A stretch of DNA of 62,174 nucleotides. Source: Gekko japonicus (lineage: Eukaryota). A program made the translations under genes and the position numbers. Where the stretch lies: positions 1,079,732 through 1,141,905 of the forward strand of contig NW_015172565.1 in assembly GCF_001447785.1 (NCBI RefSeq), read 5' to 3'. Numbering within the stretch: the first letter of the stretch is position 1; every line of letters starts with the position of its first letter. The notes under the pieces were generated by a model. That model was given only the letters and a program-made list of their open reading frames with translations, was not told where the DNA came from and searched no databases. This document shows, one piece after another, positions 36,596 to 50,940 of this stretch.

Positions 36596-36872
36596 GAAGA
36601 AGAAGAGATTGGATTTATACCCCGCCCTTCACTTGGAGTCTCAGAGCGGCTTACAAACTCCTTTCCCTTCCCCTCCCCACAACAGACACCCTGTGAGGTG
36701 GGTGGGGCTGAGAGAACTCTGACACAAACCGCTCTTTCAGAAACAGCTGTGCCAGAGCTTGTGTGACTGACCCAAGGTCACATCAGCAGGTGCAAGTGGA
36801 GGAGTGGGGAATCAAACCCAGTTCTCCCAGATTAGAGTCCGCACACTTAACCACTACACCAAACTGGCTCTC
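36596..36872 (-). mobile_element. tRNA-derived SINE (Squam3-like)
   Basis: Reverse-complement homologue of 22968-23245. Confidence 0.8.
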
Positions 36873-37759
36873 AAACTGGGATGTCCCTCATAGCAATCCC
36901 TACAGGTACGTTGGGTAGTAATCAGAAATCACTCATCCAGGGATAATGCTGTTCTTGTCATTCCAGTCCTGCAAAGATTTTGCTGTCTTCTAGCCTAGTA
37001 ATTAAATGTTAGGGCTGGCTTTATGAACCTACCACCAATGTGGAGTCACAGCACCAAAGTATTTTTATTTTTCTACCTTTCCTATTTTGTTAAGCACTCT
37101 GTGTGTCCATGTTTTACCAATAAACATATGGCTTTTTCTTAAGTGAGTGGAAGAGTACTGCAATACTCACATTGCCTAGATAAACTCATAATGTTATTGG
37201 TTTGAAAAGGAATGGGGAGTTGGAAAATCTGTGTTTCCAAACTGTAAGAGCCACAGATCTGCTCTTAGTTCCCCTAAGGTATCTCTTGGGGATACCTCGC
37301 TGCCTTAGGAGGAGCCACAATTTCCAGGGGGATTGTGGCAGCACAAGGGTATGGGAAAGCTCAGAGGAAGGATTTGTGGGTCTGAGGGCTCATGATGGTG
37401 TGTTGGAGGGGATGGTTGGAATCGCCTGGTAGAGAAGTTCAGGTCAATAACATGTTGCTGTGTCATCAGTGCCAGGAATGGTAACAAGATTTCAACTACT
37501 ATAACAAGTGCAGAGGTGACATTATTTCATTGAATAGGGCAATCACTATTTTTTCTTTAGGTTTACTGACAGATCAAGAACTCTGAATCTCAGATATTCA
37601 GTAATGCAGTAATCTCAGATATTCAGTAATGCAGTAAACATGGGTGTGGTTTGCAGTGAGATTAGAAGATCTTTTGGGGACAGTATTGTATTGACCTATG
37701 TGGGGGATACCCTAGTGCAAGGAGTCCTCCCGCCATTGAGTCTAAACTACAAACCAAAT

Positions 37760-38270
37760 CCAGTTCAAGGTTTTGGTATTAACCTTTAAAGCCCTGCACA
37801 GTCTAGGACCTACATATCTACAAGACTGCCTCTCCCACTATGTCCCCCGAAGAGCATTACGCTCATCTGAACAATGGCTGCTGGTGGTTCCCAGCCCTAA
37901 AGACATCCAATTTAGCCTCAACCAGAGCCAGAATCTTTTTGGCTCTGTCTGGCTCCAGCCTGGTGGAACACTTTCCCGAGTGAGATCAGGGCCCTGTGGG
38001 ATTTGGTTGAGGCGATGGGTGTCTCATCATTCTGGCCTCCCCTGCTCCACACACACACACCCCGACTTAACTTATTCAGTAATTGTGTGGAGTGTTTACC
38101 CACTGCCCTTTTTAATCTTGACCTACAAGCAGTCTTGGTATGTTAAAAAAAAATTAAATTTTTAAACAGTAGAATGTTTCTATTGTTTTATTTGTATTTT
38201 TAATATATTGTGACCCACCCTGAGCCCTGCGTGTGGGGAAGGGCAGGACAAAAATCCAAACAATAATTAA
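37760..38270 (+). mobile_element. L2 3' fragment
   Basis: FKVLVLTFKALHSLGPTYLQDCLSHYVPRRALRSS. Confidence 0.75.
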
Positions 38271-39758
38271 ATGAACAGAAAAGAGAGCTTGAACCACACT
38301 GGGATGCCTGTCATAGAAGGCCGGGTTCTCCTACTGGGGAGGATCCTGGCATGCGTGTGAGTTTTTTTAATAGTATAGGAAGAGCAAAACATGTGGAAGA
38401 ATACTCTCACCTTGTGTAAGATTAGTATATTTAAACCAGTGCGCCCCCCCCCCCCTTATATTTAAACGTGTCCTCTTTGGCTGACATGCAACTGAAAACC
38501 TAGTAGTAGAAAATCCAATGTGGCTGTTACACCCACATTCTTACCCGTGGCCTCACCTGCCAAAGGTATGTACATTCATGTGTGTTAAAATACACCCCCA
38601 CCCCAGTTTCAGTACTCAGAAATAGTTTCTATATTTGATCATGCTATCGGCAAGAATGACACTTATATCAACAAAGAAGAGATGTCGGAGACCACGTCCA
38701 AGATTTCGCCCTAGCTCTGCTGTGCTCTGTTCTCTTCATAGTCCTGCCTGGTGCCTCGGCTTCAGGTCTCTCCCCCCCCCCCCCTCCTGCCATGGGGCGT
38801 AATAAAACTGACTGACTCTTGCAGGATGATATCTTGGAAAAACGTAAACACTGTTCAGCAGAGACAGGATTCAAAGCCTGGGTTTCCTTATTGGTAGGTA
38901 GCTTAGCTGTCTAGTAGATAAAGATGACACCTGTGGGGGTTGTGGAAGTTCGGGACTGAAAGCTCTGCTGTTGTCTTTGCAGTTCTTGTACAGCTACAGT
39001 TGACTCCAGGTTACTCTCTACTGGGCTCTGAATTACGTGATGGGGACTTGGAAAATGTACACTGTCTGGATAAAAACAGCAGGCACTCTATGCATCAGCT
39101 GATTTCCTGTAGAGATTTTCTGACTCAGATAAAATGCAGAATCCTGAGCATTCAATGGGCTTCCTTTTAGTTCTTTTATTACTGGACAAACGGATCACTG
39201 AAGCAACTCACTGCTAATGCCTCCAGATCACTCTTGCCAGTGCTATGACTTACTAGCTAGGGCCGGGGGCAGGTTTTCATGGGTCCTTGGGTACAGGGTG
39301 TGTCTGTCTGTTGGCCCCTTCGGCTAGCCCCTTCCGCAGCCATCTTGCTCCACAATCTCAGATTCCCCTCCCCCGTCACAGGCACAGCTATGCTTGAGAG
39401 AGTTGACGGTTACATTCTTTTTACTCTTTTTTTATTCCCATCATTGCCAGCAGGTCTACAAGGAACAAGGAAGAGTCTTCGCAATATTGCAGGGGCCGAT
39501 TGGGAGGGGTGACTGGAGGAAACAGCAGAGTGGAAATCTGCCTTCAGGCACTTATACTTGGAAATGGGAGCCCCCACCCAATGTCTACTGTTGGTGCTGG
39601 GCCCTTGGTTGTTGGCCTCAGCAGCTGCACAGCTGTGCTGACCATGCCTGGCACCAGTCTTGGAGAGGACATCAAGTTTCTGATGCCACACCCAAATCTA
39701 CTCAGGCAGCAGAACAATTATCTTTATGATTCTTGCACACTCACTGACACTGCCCTTG

Positions 39759-40042
39759 AGAGCCAGTTTGGTGTAGTGGTTAAGTGCGCGGACTCTAATC
39801 TGGGAGAACCGGGTTTGATTCCCCACTCCTCCACTTGCACCTGGCTGGATGACCTTGGGCAAGCCAATAGTCCTGATAAGAGCTGTCCTTGAAAAAGAGC
39901 AGTTTCTGTCAGAGCTCTCTCAGCCCCACCTACCTCACAGGGTGTCTGTTATGGGGAGGGGAAGGGAAATGAGTTTGTAAGTTGCTCTGAGACTCCCTTG
40001 GGTAGTGAAGGGTGGGATATAGACCCAATCTCTTCTTCTCTT
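39759..40042 (+). mobile_element. tRNA-derived SINE (Squam3-like)
   Basis: Homologous to 22968-23245. Confidence 0.8.
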
Positions 40043-40612
40043 CAGTTGTAATACTTTTCTATCCTTTTGCTGATTTCCCCCACAAAATCAGCAATCAAAA
40101 TCCACTGCTCCACATCAATCTGTTAGCGCCCCCCCATGGTGAATTGTCTTCTTCATCTCACACCACAGAAGGAACATAATAGAGTAAGGTTTGATATTTT
40201 TGCTGGAAAGACCAAAGAGGTGATAAAGGTGAACAAAACTTTCTGACCTCAATGGGTGTGTAAAAATTGCTCACTAGGAACTCTGGGAAGCAACAACGAT
40301 TGCAAAGAATTATTGAGGAAGGGAATGATTTGGTGATATACACATCCACAGACAATGGTAATGAATAAATGTAAGGGTGTTCAGCTGCATCACTAAAGAA
40401 TAATTTATTTGGGTTTCAGCTCCAAAATATTGCCTGGGGGAGGAGAAAACTTGTACTTTAAATGAATCTGATGAGTTTTAAGGCCCCCACACCCAAGCAT
40501 TCAGCTTTGCCTTGAAAGTGCTTTCTCTAATAACAGGAACTGAAGGAATTTTAAAATGAAGAAGGGTGAGAGGAAAAGAAAAAAAATCCCTCTTGAAGGA
40601 ACAAATGTATAT

Positions 40613-40760
40613 TTAGTTGCTGTAGATTTTCCGGGTTGTGTGGCTGTGGTTTTGGCATTGTAGAAGTTCTACAAAGGTTCTACAATGCCAAGATCACGGC
40701 CACACCACCCGGAAAATCTACAGCAACTAATGAACTCCAGCCGTGAAAGCCTTTGAAAAT
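40613..40760 (+). mobile_element. PLE (Poseidon-like) tail with inverted 5' copy
   Basis: About 53-bp inverted arms at 40613-40665 and 40678-40730, then the tail CCGTGAAAGCCTTTGAAAAT. 12-bp TSD AAATGTATATTT at 40603-40614 and 40761-40772. Confidence 0.7.
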
Positions 40761-43004
40761 AAATGTATATTTCTTTGGTCTTTAATTCTCCTTAAATTGG
40801 TCTTGGACTTAGTTCCCTAAACAAGTCCCCAAGGAGAGTTGCGTTTGGTTTTATGTCCCTTGCAACTTGGACAAAGGCAAAACTGGGGCAATCCAGATCA
40901 AATTAGGCATGGTGAAGTTCCACAGGATTCAAAGTGGAGCTAAATTACACCATTTATGGCAATCCTATGCACAATTACTTCCAAGCAAGTCCCACTGAAT
41001 TTCTTTCTGTGTCAACATGTGTGCAAGCTATAAATCCTGTCAACTTGGATGCAATTTTTAGATACGTCTATTTTTCACAGGATTCATTACCATCATTCGA
41101 TGGCCTTGCCCTCTGTGGCATAGCTGAGGCTTCATTAAGTTATTCGAACAATTCTACCCCCTCCTCCCCCCTTGAACAAGTCAGCTCACATTAACAAATG
41201 GCAGCAGAGCTGATAATACAACATTAAAACAGTAATGTCAGTCTTAAATTCATCAAAATAAAGGGAGTGATGACCCAGCATTCATTAATGAGCTGCTTCC
41301 TCTGCTCCTGCAATTTGAGAATGTTGGTCTTCAAGGGGTATTTTCTAACTCAGGAAAGCAGCTGACTACCATCAGGTATATGGCTGAGGCATTGCTTCAG
41401 ATGGGAGAGATCCTACAAGTTGTATCTACTAAAATCAATTGAGAGAAGCAGATATATCACAGTTATTTTGAAGAATGACATACAAGTAGGGCATGGATTT
41501 ACAAGTATCTTAACAGTCTATGGCTGTTCTGAAAAGTAAAAAAACTTTCTGTGGCAGACTTTTAGCATAATGATGACTTTGGGGGGTGTTCCTCTTACAC
41601 TAGCACACAACACGGAGTCTTACCGCACCTATCCATGCTCTGCTTATAAACATCCTTGTGAAACTACTGTAACCAGATAGCATAGGAATACCACCTGAGA
41701 ACCCCTACCCCAAAGCTTTGTCTCTGAACCCCAAGATTCTCTGGTCTAGTGCAGTCAGATACTCTGGTCTAGTGCAGTCAGATCCATCATTTGATATTAA
41801 ATCAGGGTCTCTCTATTAAGATGTATTTAACTGCAGGAACTTGACTGCTGTGAGAACTCTGGAAAACATTAATCAAACTTATTTTGTGTGATTCTCTGTG
41901 AATCCTCATACCCGGGCAATGACTAACACTCCCTATCTGCAGGACAATAATCTGGGTTCTGAGAAGGGGCAGGAGAGGGAGCTGCTGCTGGAGTGATGAG
42001 TGTTTTATTATTTGCCTTTCTTTAACTGCTGAGGAGAAGCAGCTGAGGGTGCTGTGTGGGTGTGTATAGCCTGTTGGAGAGTGGTGCTTGTTTGAGGAAG
42101 TGTGGTTTCTGTTTGTCCCAAGAATTCCCATAGAGAACCTTTGTCTTGTGTCTTGACATTATGCCAGTTATGAGATCAGCCAGGTTTTGCTCACACTCCA
42201 GTTTTAAGTTCTTGTGCCCACGTGACAATTGGAAAAGGTGTCATGAAAATGCATATACACACACATGCTCAGATACTGTATCCTAAGCCGTAATTTGCCA
42301 ATGTAACGCATTTTATTATTTGTGTCCAGATATACCTTTTCTGTGTTGACTGTAGTGCCAAACTTTGGTGTGTGTATGTGTATATGGATTTTTTTAAAAA
42401 ATGACAATAGCAGGGATGTGTGAAGTTCCAAATAACAGTTGTGCCATGTGTAATCACAGCTGTTCTGCAAATCTTCCTGTTTAGGAAATGGTGTTGGTAG
42501 ATTGATTTGTTCACCTATTTCTAGCATATTTGATGCTCATCATGTTCTCATTTTATTTTTGACCTTGTTTATACCATTGAAGCAGGTACATTCCTTGTAG
42601 CTNNNNNNNNNNNNNNNNNNNNNNNNNNNNNNNNNNNNNNNNNNNNNNNNNNNNNNNNNNNNNNNNNNNNNNNNNNNNNNNNNNNNNNNNNNNNNNNNNN
42701 NNNNNNNNNNNNNNNNNNNNNNNNNNNNNNNNNNNNNNNNNNNNNNNNNNNNNNNNNNNNNNNNNNNACAACTCACTGCTCCAACATGTGTTTCTGGTAA
42801 TTCTCAAAGTGAAATAAAAATAAATTCTAGTGAGTCTATGATCCTAATATGTAATATCACAATGCAGATTCTGGCTATTAGAGTTATAGGACAGGGATCC
42901 CCAAAGTTTTTGTGCCTGAGTTCACCTTTGGAATTCTGACACAGCATGATCGGTTAAGCCACAAAATGGCTGCTGCAGGAGGCAGAGCCAGCCAAAATGG
43001 CTGC

Positions 43005-43417
43005 TAGGGTTGCCAGTTCTGGGATGGGAAATATTGGGAGATTTGTGGGGTGGAGCCTGGGGAAGGTGGGGTTTGTGAGGAGAAGGACCTCAACAGGATA
43101 TAATGCCATAGAATCCATCCTCCAAATCTAGGGTTGCCATCCCCCCCCCCAGTGGGCCCAGGGTTTCCCCCGCTTTCAGGGCTCCCAATCTGCCACTGAA
43201 GAGCCCTGCCCCCAGAGAACCGTGTCTTGCCCGACATGCCTGGTGCAATGATGTCATTTCCAGGGACCTGGGCTGGAGCCCCCCGCCAGCAGCTAGGTAA
43301 GACTTTCCAACCCTATCCAAAGCAGCCGTTTTCTTCAGGGGAACTGATCTTAGTTGTCTGGAGATCAATTGTAATAGCAGAAGATCTCCAGGTAGCACCT
43401 GGAGGTTGACAACCCTA
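43005..43417. mobile_element. TAGGGTTGCCA-TIR non-autonomous DNA transposon with a nested same-type copy
   Basis: TAGGGTTGCCA...TGACAACCCTA termini. Related copies lie at about 1039-1258, 5986-6189 and 19246-19391. Confidence 0.65.
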
Positions 43418-44754
43418 GGTAGGAGCAAGAACATGCTCTCCTCATGTAGTGACAAGGGTGGGTTGGGATGTTAAAGAGGCCTGGGAGCAAGCTTGAGCTC
43501 AGTGGTCCCTGTGGTGCTGACATACTTATAGGGACAACTTGCTTTGGTGGTGCAGGAGATGGTTACAGGGGTGCCTAATGCCTATGGTGGATACTGTTGG
43601 CTGAGTCCCAACCAAGTCCTTAGGAGCCTGGCAGTACTGCAACAGCTGCTCACCTTGGCTTGCTCCAGGGCAGCAGCCAATCAGGAATGATACTACATGC
43701 CAACAAACAAACCACTGTGATAAAATTGACAATGACACATTTAATAATTCTGTGAGTCTCCTAATGCACTCATTATCCTGTAAAAAGCATAGTTATGAGG
43801 AGTGGATAATTTAACTAAGAAGAAAATAAGAAGCTATACTGTTTTAAAAAAGAAACTAAGGTGAATCTAGAGGTTGGCACCTTCCAACTTTATAAGACTA
43901 CTCATGAGGAAGATTGCTGAAATGAGTGCAAAAACCGGTGTGCTCATCGAGGATATGACTATGTTGGACTTTGCTTTGCTTATGTCAGAATTCTCTAACT
44001 ATATTGTAAGATTAATAGCTTCACAAATTGATGCTCACAGAATTATTAAATGTGTCATTGTCAATTTTATCACAGTGGTTTGTTTGTTGGCATGTATCTG
44101 CACACTGTGACCCCTTTTCTGGCTTTTTAAATCAGGAATGATAAGCTAAAGGGAAATCAGTGGGCATTCCCTTCTCTTGTGTCTAATCCATGACATACAA
44201 ATGATGACTTCTTCTCCTCTAGTTTCTACACTCCTCTTGTTTCATGCTTTATTTTTTCACACCTTAATGCCAAGAACAACTGGTGGCAGTCACAACATGG
44301 CATTCACAAAAGGAGCCGTATAAATATACATCATTTTTACAAGAACGAGGAGAAATCTTTTCCAGTTCTATGGAACATTGTGGGACAGTTCTAGAAGTGG
44401 AATGTGTGGTTGTGTCGATAAGGTGAAATTAAGGAAGAAATAGCAAGTGCAATGGAATTCTTGAAACTGCAGTTCAGTTCCTCACACAGACTTTCCTCTC
44501 CAGCAGTTATAACTTGCTAGTCTTTAATCCTGTTAAGTTTAATTCAAGTACCATTGAATCCTTGTCAGCTGAAAAACACATGAGGCAAAGCAAAGCAAAA
44601 TGGCCATTAGGACATGCCACATAGCAGCAGGTGTCTTGTTTTCTAATTCTCAGAGGAAAGCCCCATCTCACCGTTTTGTGTGGCTTAGATAACACTCCTG
44701 TGTGAATATTCCTCTCACAGTAAATGGCCCTTTAGAAAAATAGAATTCAAATAT

Positions 44755-45530
44755 TTATTTATTTATTTCCTCAAACTTATACCCCGCCCTCCCCGCAAGC
44801 GGGCTCAGGGCGGCTTCCAATAAAAACATAAATTACAAATACATAATATTCAACATGCCATAAAACATATACATATAAAGTGCAGGCGGCAGATTAAAAT
44901 TCATCTTGATGGTGAGTTGCAGAAATAGATTGCCACTGCCCTGATGTCCACAAGTGTCTTCTGTCATTAGTCCATATAGTTGTTAAAACACAGGCCATAT
45001 TTAGTTGTAACAATCTGCAGTAAAAGCCTGCAGTAACATGGGCCTGCAACAGCGGCGGCCCCTACTTAAATGTCTGGCGGAAGAACTCCGTCTTGCAGGC
45101 CCTGTGGAACTGTAAAAGGTCCCGCAGGGCCCTGATCTCCTCCGGGAGCTCGTTCCACCAGGTAGGGGCCGCCACTGAGAAGGCTCCGGCCCTGGTAATG
45201 GCTAACTTGGCCTCCCTCGGGCCAGGGAGGGTCAATAGATTTTGAGATCCCGACCGTAGTGCTCTCTGGGGTATATATGGGGAAAGGCGGTCCCGAAGGT
45301 ATGTTGGACCCCGGCCATGTAGGGCTTTAAAGGTAAGAACCAGCACCTTGAAATGGACTCGGTATGCTATTGGCAGCCAGTGCAGTGTCCTCAGCACAGG
45401 CTGGATGTGCTCTCGTCTAGGGAGATCCATCAACAGCCTGGCCGCGGCATTCTGCACCAGCTGCAGCTTCCGGATCCGAGACAAGGGCAGCCCCATGTAG
45501 AGAGCGTTACAGTAATCTAGTCTCGAGGAA
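44755..45530 (-). mobile_element. L2 LINE 3' fragment (relatively young)
   Basis: SSRLDYCNALYMGLP...LQLVQNAAARL...LHWLPI..RVHFKVLVLTFKAL...AFSVAAPTWWNELP, with a (TAAA)n tail. Confidence 0.9.
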
Positions 45531-46729
45531 TATGCCCGCATTCAATCAGGATATCTGCATTTGTTTTGGTTTTGTGTATAATAGGCAAAACCATGTATTT
45601 TTATTACACCCACTAGTTCAAATCCTTGCAATATTTTAAAGCATTTAGTGGGTCCAATATGAGTTGTTCTTTTTCTTTATTGTGAGGTTTGGCTCATGCG
45701 GTAACTCCTTACATTCTTGGTTTGGGACTTCTCTGCATTGCTAAAGTGGCCGGAAGAGTGTTGTGAGGAGCCACAGTTCAGTGGCAGAACACTAATTATC
45801 CTTGTTATGGTCCCAGGCTCTATTCCCAGAAGAACCCTACATGTGACCGAATGGGCCATATCACTTCCATCTGCAGATTGTGCTGTTTTTATTATACCCT
45901 GTATAAAAGCCTCCCTGCAATTAACACACACAGAAGGAGACCTGAAATGGAGACTCTAACCGAACCTACTTCTTACTGTTCTACCTTCCTGCTTAGAGGA
46001 TTTGTTTACCTCTGGAGAGCAGTGACAAATTCAACCTGAGACCATATTGTGGCCTTAAATTCCACTACCTCATTTGATTCCAAGTGTAAATTCTGCCTGA
46101 GTTGGAGCTGCTGCTTTGGACACAACCCAGGACTAGAACTGCTCTGCTCACTGTAATCCTGATTCCTCCTATGCCTTAAACTGCCCTTTCCTACAAGAAG
46201 TCCTGAGTTGATAACAAGAAGGTTGGGCCATGCAAGCTGTTACCCATTGTATGTGTTGGAGAGAGGCAGGGAAGGAAAGAACAGTGCAAGCAGAAAGCCT
46301 TTTATCATAGCCCACAGTGTGTTTCATTCTAAAGTACCCACATAGCTACAAAACGTCTAATCCCCCATGTCCACAACAATCAAACTACCAGCTAAGCATT
46401 TCAAACACCTCCACACAGTCCTTTTGTTAATGGGCATCCGGGTCCATTGACAGGAACAACAGTAACATTGTCATTGAGAACAAACTGTGCAAAGCAGAAA
46501 GAAATCTTGGGAAAATATATCCCCTGTACCAGGTAGAGCTTGATGGAGTGTTGGCCTGCCATTGTTGTCAACAGCAGGAAGCTTTCCTGTGCTTTCATTT
46601 ATTGGAGCCTCTTAGCAACCATTTCTATTTCTGCTTGAAGAAACTCAGTATCTGCCTACTGAAAATTTTGTCTCATTTCCTCTCAGTTACTACTTCCTTG
46701 GAGGAGAGAAGTGGGGGATGGAAACCTTT

Positions 46730-47210
46730 AGCATATAAGATTATGCATGGGAAAGAGCAGGTAGAGAAAGAGGTACTTTTCTCCCTTTCTCACAATACAA
46801 GAACTCGTGGGCACTCCATGAAACTGCTGAGCAGTCGGGTTAGAACGGATAAAAGGAAGTACTTCTTCACCCAAAGAGTGATTAACACTTGGAATTCACT
46901 GCCACAGGAGGTGGTGGCGGCTACAAGCATGGACGGCTGCAAAAGGGAATTAGATAAGCATATGGAGCAGAGGTCCATCAGTGGCTATTAGCCACAAGGT
47001 ATAGATAGGGGCTCTGGGGCAGGTGATGCTCTGTCTTCTTGGGGCTTGGGGGGGGGTCAACAGTGGGAGGGCTTCTAATGTCCTGGCCCCACTGCTGGAC
47101 CTCCTGATGGCACTGGTATTTTTGGCCACTGTGTGACGCAGAGTGTAGGACAGGATGGGCCTTTGGCCTGATCCAACATTGGCGTCTCTTATGTTCTTAT
47201 GTTCTTATGT
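46730..47210 (+). mobile_element. CR1 LINE 3' end
   Basis: YKIMHG...RTRGHSMKL...KRKYFFTQRVINTWNSLP...LDKHM, with a (TTCTTATG)n tail. Confidence 0.9.
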
Positions 47211-47583
47211 TTAGCGCTTCTGATGAAATCATGAGCAGATAGTAGAACAAGGTAGATGAGAGAGGTTTTGGTCTTTTAAATAATTTGTTTAAAATCAGCC
47301 CCCATACTTGAAGGGTCTATTTGAAGCAATCCCTATATGGCCACTGTTCCAGCAGTCCTCGTGACCAAAGCAATGAATGAATTACCACAGACTCATTGCA
47401 AGCATAGTTTTTCTGCCAGGTGGAGCCTTTGCAGTGGGTTCTTTTGGAAACTCTCCATGGGATGGTGATGACCCAGTTGGTGAGTCTCTTTCTGCAGCTC
47501 CACAGAGTTGTTGTTCAACAGGTCCAAACAGCTCTTGTGGGTTTGTTTTTTTACTGGAATCACATCTGTCGTAGAATAGAATG

Positions 47584-47723
47584 TACCCTGTTTCCCCAAA
47601 AATAAGACCTACCCAAAAAATAAGCCCTAGCAGGTTTCTATGCATTTGTGGTATAAGCCCTAGTGTGTCTTCTTAGGAAAAAATAAATATAAGACAGTGT
47701 CTTATTTTCGGGAAAACACGGTA
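47584..47723. mobile_element. Tc1/pogo-type MITE, family B (copy 3)
   Basis: Near-identical to 6574-6714 and TA-flanked. Confidence 0.85.
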
Positions 47724-49559
47724 CGCCTTCATGCCTTGCAAGGCTTCTTCTTACAAGCGTCAACAAAGTTTTAACAGTGATTATCCAGCCAAGTATGTTA
47801 CTTTGTGTGTTTTGTTCTCCAAAATCTCTGTGTACAAGTTTGCTTTATACAGCTACTTATATTAGGGTTGGGAACTGGTGGTCCCTAGGCCAGATTCACC
47901 TCTGGAATAGCATCTGCCAGCCCCTGAGAGGCAGAAGAGGGGGTGTGGATGAATACTATGTACAGCAGTGGCTCATTTGGGGTGTTGTACATCGGACCTT
48001 GGATTGCCATTCCCCATTCCCTCAGCCAGAGTGGACTTCCATTAAAATTACTTACTGATCAAGGACTTATGTTTTGTATCTCTTTCTCTGGATCCTCTTC
48101 TGTTTTGCATGCTGCTTAAGAATGGTACATTGTGATTGGCACAAGTGTCACAAGTCCCAAATCAACCACAAGCCTGGTCTGGGGTATATCTGCTGTTACC
48201 ACAGAAATTCTTTATACAGAAGACATTCTAGGAACCTGAGGTAGACAATGGAGTGCTTATTTGTGTGTGTGAGTGAGAGAGATAGAGATCCGTTTTGTAA
48301 GCCACTTTTAATGGCATAAGAGGCAGATGAATAAGAATATTCTTTCAGCCATGTTTTTTTTCTGGAATCTGTAACTCTGCCACTGTCAGCCTGAAACGTA
48401 CTCACATTCCACATTCTTTCTCAATGGCATGATGGGAGTGACTGTCAGCCATGGAGGAACATCATTAGAAGAAGCTGGCTGGAGTGTATCTCTTCAGGCG
48501 GCAGATTTTTTTCCCTTCTCTGCCAGACCAGCTTGGTTTTGTCAAATATTCCTTCAGTACTCCTCATTGGATCTTGCACAGTTCTGCTAAGGAATGACTG
48601 GTACTATTTGACACATAAAGAAAAATACCAGTTCTACTATATTTTCTAGGAGGTAATTAGGAGGATGTGTGATCAGAGCCAGGTTGGAAGCTCCAAGAAT
48701 GATGTTCGCCTTCGCAAGCTTCTGGTGTCTGTCATCTCTTTGACCTGTCATGCCTTATCTGGAACTCACAGTTCCTCCCTCAGCCACTTGTCAAAGGAAA
48801 CCCAGCAATTAGAGATGAGAGATACATAGGAGAGATCATATATCACTTCTCCCAGTCATTTCTCATCAATTTTAACCAATGTTTAATAGCTCTCTAGGTG
48901 ATAGTCATCGCTGCAAATAGAGGTTGACCTAATTGTCGGGAAACCGAGAAATTTCATTGTTGGCATATGGAGAAAAATGATGCCACTTCCCCGGTGCTTA
49001 AGTACTGCATTAACTATTACTGCGCCAGAAAAAATACACTGAAGTCAGTGAGGTATTCATTTCAGTCTGCTTAAGCCATTAGAAAGGCAAACAGAATCTT
49101 AGGTTTTTCTTTATTAGGATGAGAATAGAATAATAATAAAATCATGCCCCCCTCTCTGTTAATGGCACATCTGCTATTTATTTATTTATTTCATTTTTAT
49201 CTCATTCCCCCCACCAAGTGTCTCAGAGCAGAATTCTTCTTCCCTGCTTTTGTATTACAGCAACCAAGCAAGGTAGGCTGGACAGAAAGATACAGACTGG
49301 TCAAAAGTCAGTACAGGGATTTTTTAAAAAAACTCTGATTATAGATTCACCTTTCTCACTGAGACTCAGAATGAAAGGATATAAAATTGTACAGACAGAA
49401 AGCCTAAGACAACCAGTGGACAAAACAATAGGACTGGGATCACAGAATTAAAGAACAATGCAAACAACAAATGATCTACGGTAATGTATATTATAAATAA
49501 TGCAGAAAGTGGGATTGCAAGGTATAAGACAATGCAGTAAAAGCAGGTGATGACCTGCA

Positions 49560-50940
49560 ATAATCATTGTAGTTCCATTATATAGGTGCCCTCCTAGGCT
49601 ATGCTATTCTACTACAGTTCTAATCTTTATTTTAAAATGCCATCTTGAACATGACTGTTTTGCACATTCTGTGGGATGACAGAAATGCTGGGAGCCTTTC
49701 TGATCTCCTCAGGCAGGCCGTTCCACAAGATGGGAGCCACCACTGAGAATGTACATGACTGGGCAGCCCACATGTATGCAGTTTGCAGGCTGCCACCTTT
49801 AAAAACTTTGTTCAGATATGTGAAGCTGTTTTAGTGAAGTGTAAAAGCAGAGGTATGTGGATCCATGTATGTGGATCCAAGGCCATTAAAGGCTTTGTAG
49901 GAGACAACCAGAATCTTGAACTGAACTTGGTAATTGATCAATAACCAGTGGAGCGTCTGCAGAACTGGCAACATCCATGTTCTGCCTGGTGCCCAATAGT
50001 ATCCAGTTCTGCACTGACTGCAGTTTCTGAGCTGTCTTTATGGGCAGGCCCATTGTAGATTGCATTACAGTAGTCTAGCCTTGAGGCTAAGCAGGGTCAG
50101 CCCTGGTTAGTATTTAGATGGGAGACCATGATGGAAGTCCAGAGACACACATGCAGGCAATGGCAAACCATCTCTTAGCATCTCTGGCATTGAAAACCAA
50201 CAGGGTAACCATAAATTGGCTGCAACTTGATGGTACTTTCCTCTATCTCCAGCCTGGAGGTAATCACAGTAGGGATCTAAGTGGCCAGATTAGGGAGTCA
50301 AGGAATGGCATCATCTTCTGAATTAAAAGAAGTTGACAGAATGCCTTTTTTTTGCATCTGTATTAACTTGTTTCTCCAGTAATAGTGCTGGATCCAATAT
50401 AATAAGATGACTGAGTCAGTAAATGGCCGCTGGACCCCATCAATGGTGGGGAGCATGATGTCCCTCAAGACCTCAGCCTTTCCAACCAGCATTAATTCCA
50501 TCTTGACAGGATTCAGTTTCAACTTATTCAGCCTTAACCATTTAACCACAGCAGTAGGGCACTGGTTCAGGGCTTCTATAGGATGATCAGAAAATTTGGA
50601 TAAAGAAGAATCAAGCTGGGTGTGATCAGTGTATTGATGACAGCCTGTTCCAAATCCATAAATAATGTCTCCTAAAGACTTTACTTAGAGATTGAACAGC
50701 ATGGGGGATGAGATTGAGCTCTGAGGAACAGCTCAATATAAGTCACACACTGATGACAGTTGGTGTCCAAGAGCAACCTTTGGGCCCTGTTCATAAGGAA
50801 TGACTTAATCAGTCCAAGGCAGAACTCTTAATCCCTACGTCTGCCTCTAAGTATCTGACCAGGATGGTATGGTCCACAGTGCCAAAAGCTACAGATGTAT
50901 TCAGTCAGAGCAACAAAGAGGTCCACATTCAAATAGAAAC
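49560..50940 (-). mobile_element. L2 LINE fragment (RT to 3' end), old
   Basis: WLRLNKLKLNP.KME remnant, plus YADDTQL-like and VPQ.S..SP.LFNL-like segments on the minus strand. Confidence 0.75.
50086..50242 (+). mobile_element. 5S rRNA-derived SINE fragment inserted in L2
   Basis: GCTAAGCAGGGTCAGCCCTGGTTAGTATTTAGATGGGAGACC resembles the 5S internal control region. A second 5S-like piece lies at about 52036-52077. Confidence 0.65.

Noticed and set aside
37587-37637. Short tandem duplications (also at about 41740-41783, 49853-49879 and 54930-54968) as a CRISPR-like array
   Set aside because: They are two-copy local duplications without spacers in a eukaryotic genome.
50086-50130. 5S rRNA gene (and tRNA-like heads at 22968, 36872 and 39759 as tRNA genes)
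   Set aside because: They are partial, diverged and attached to SINE bodies, so they are SINE heads rather than functional RNA genes.
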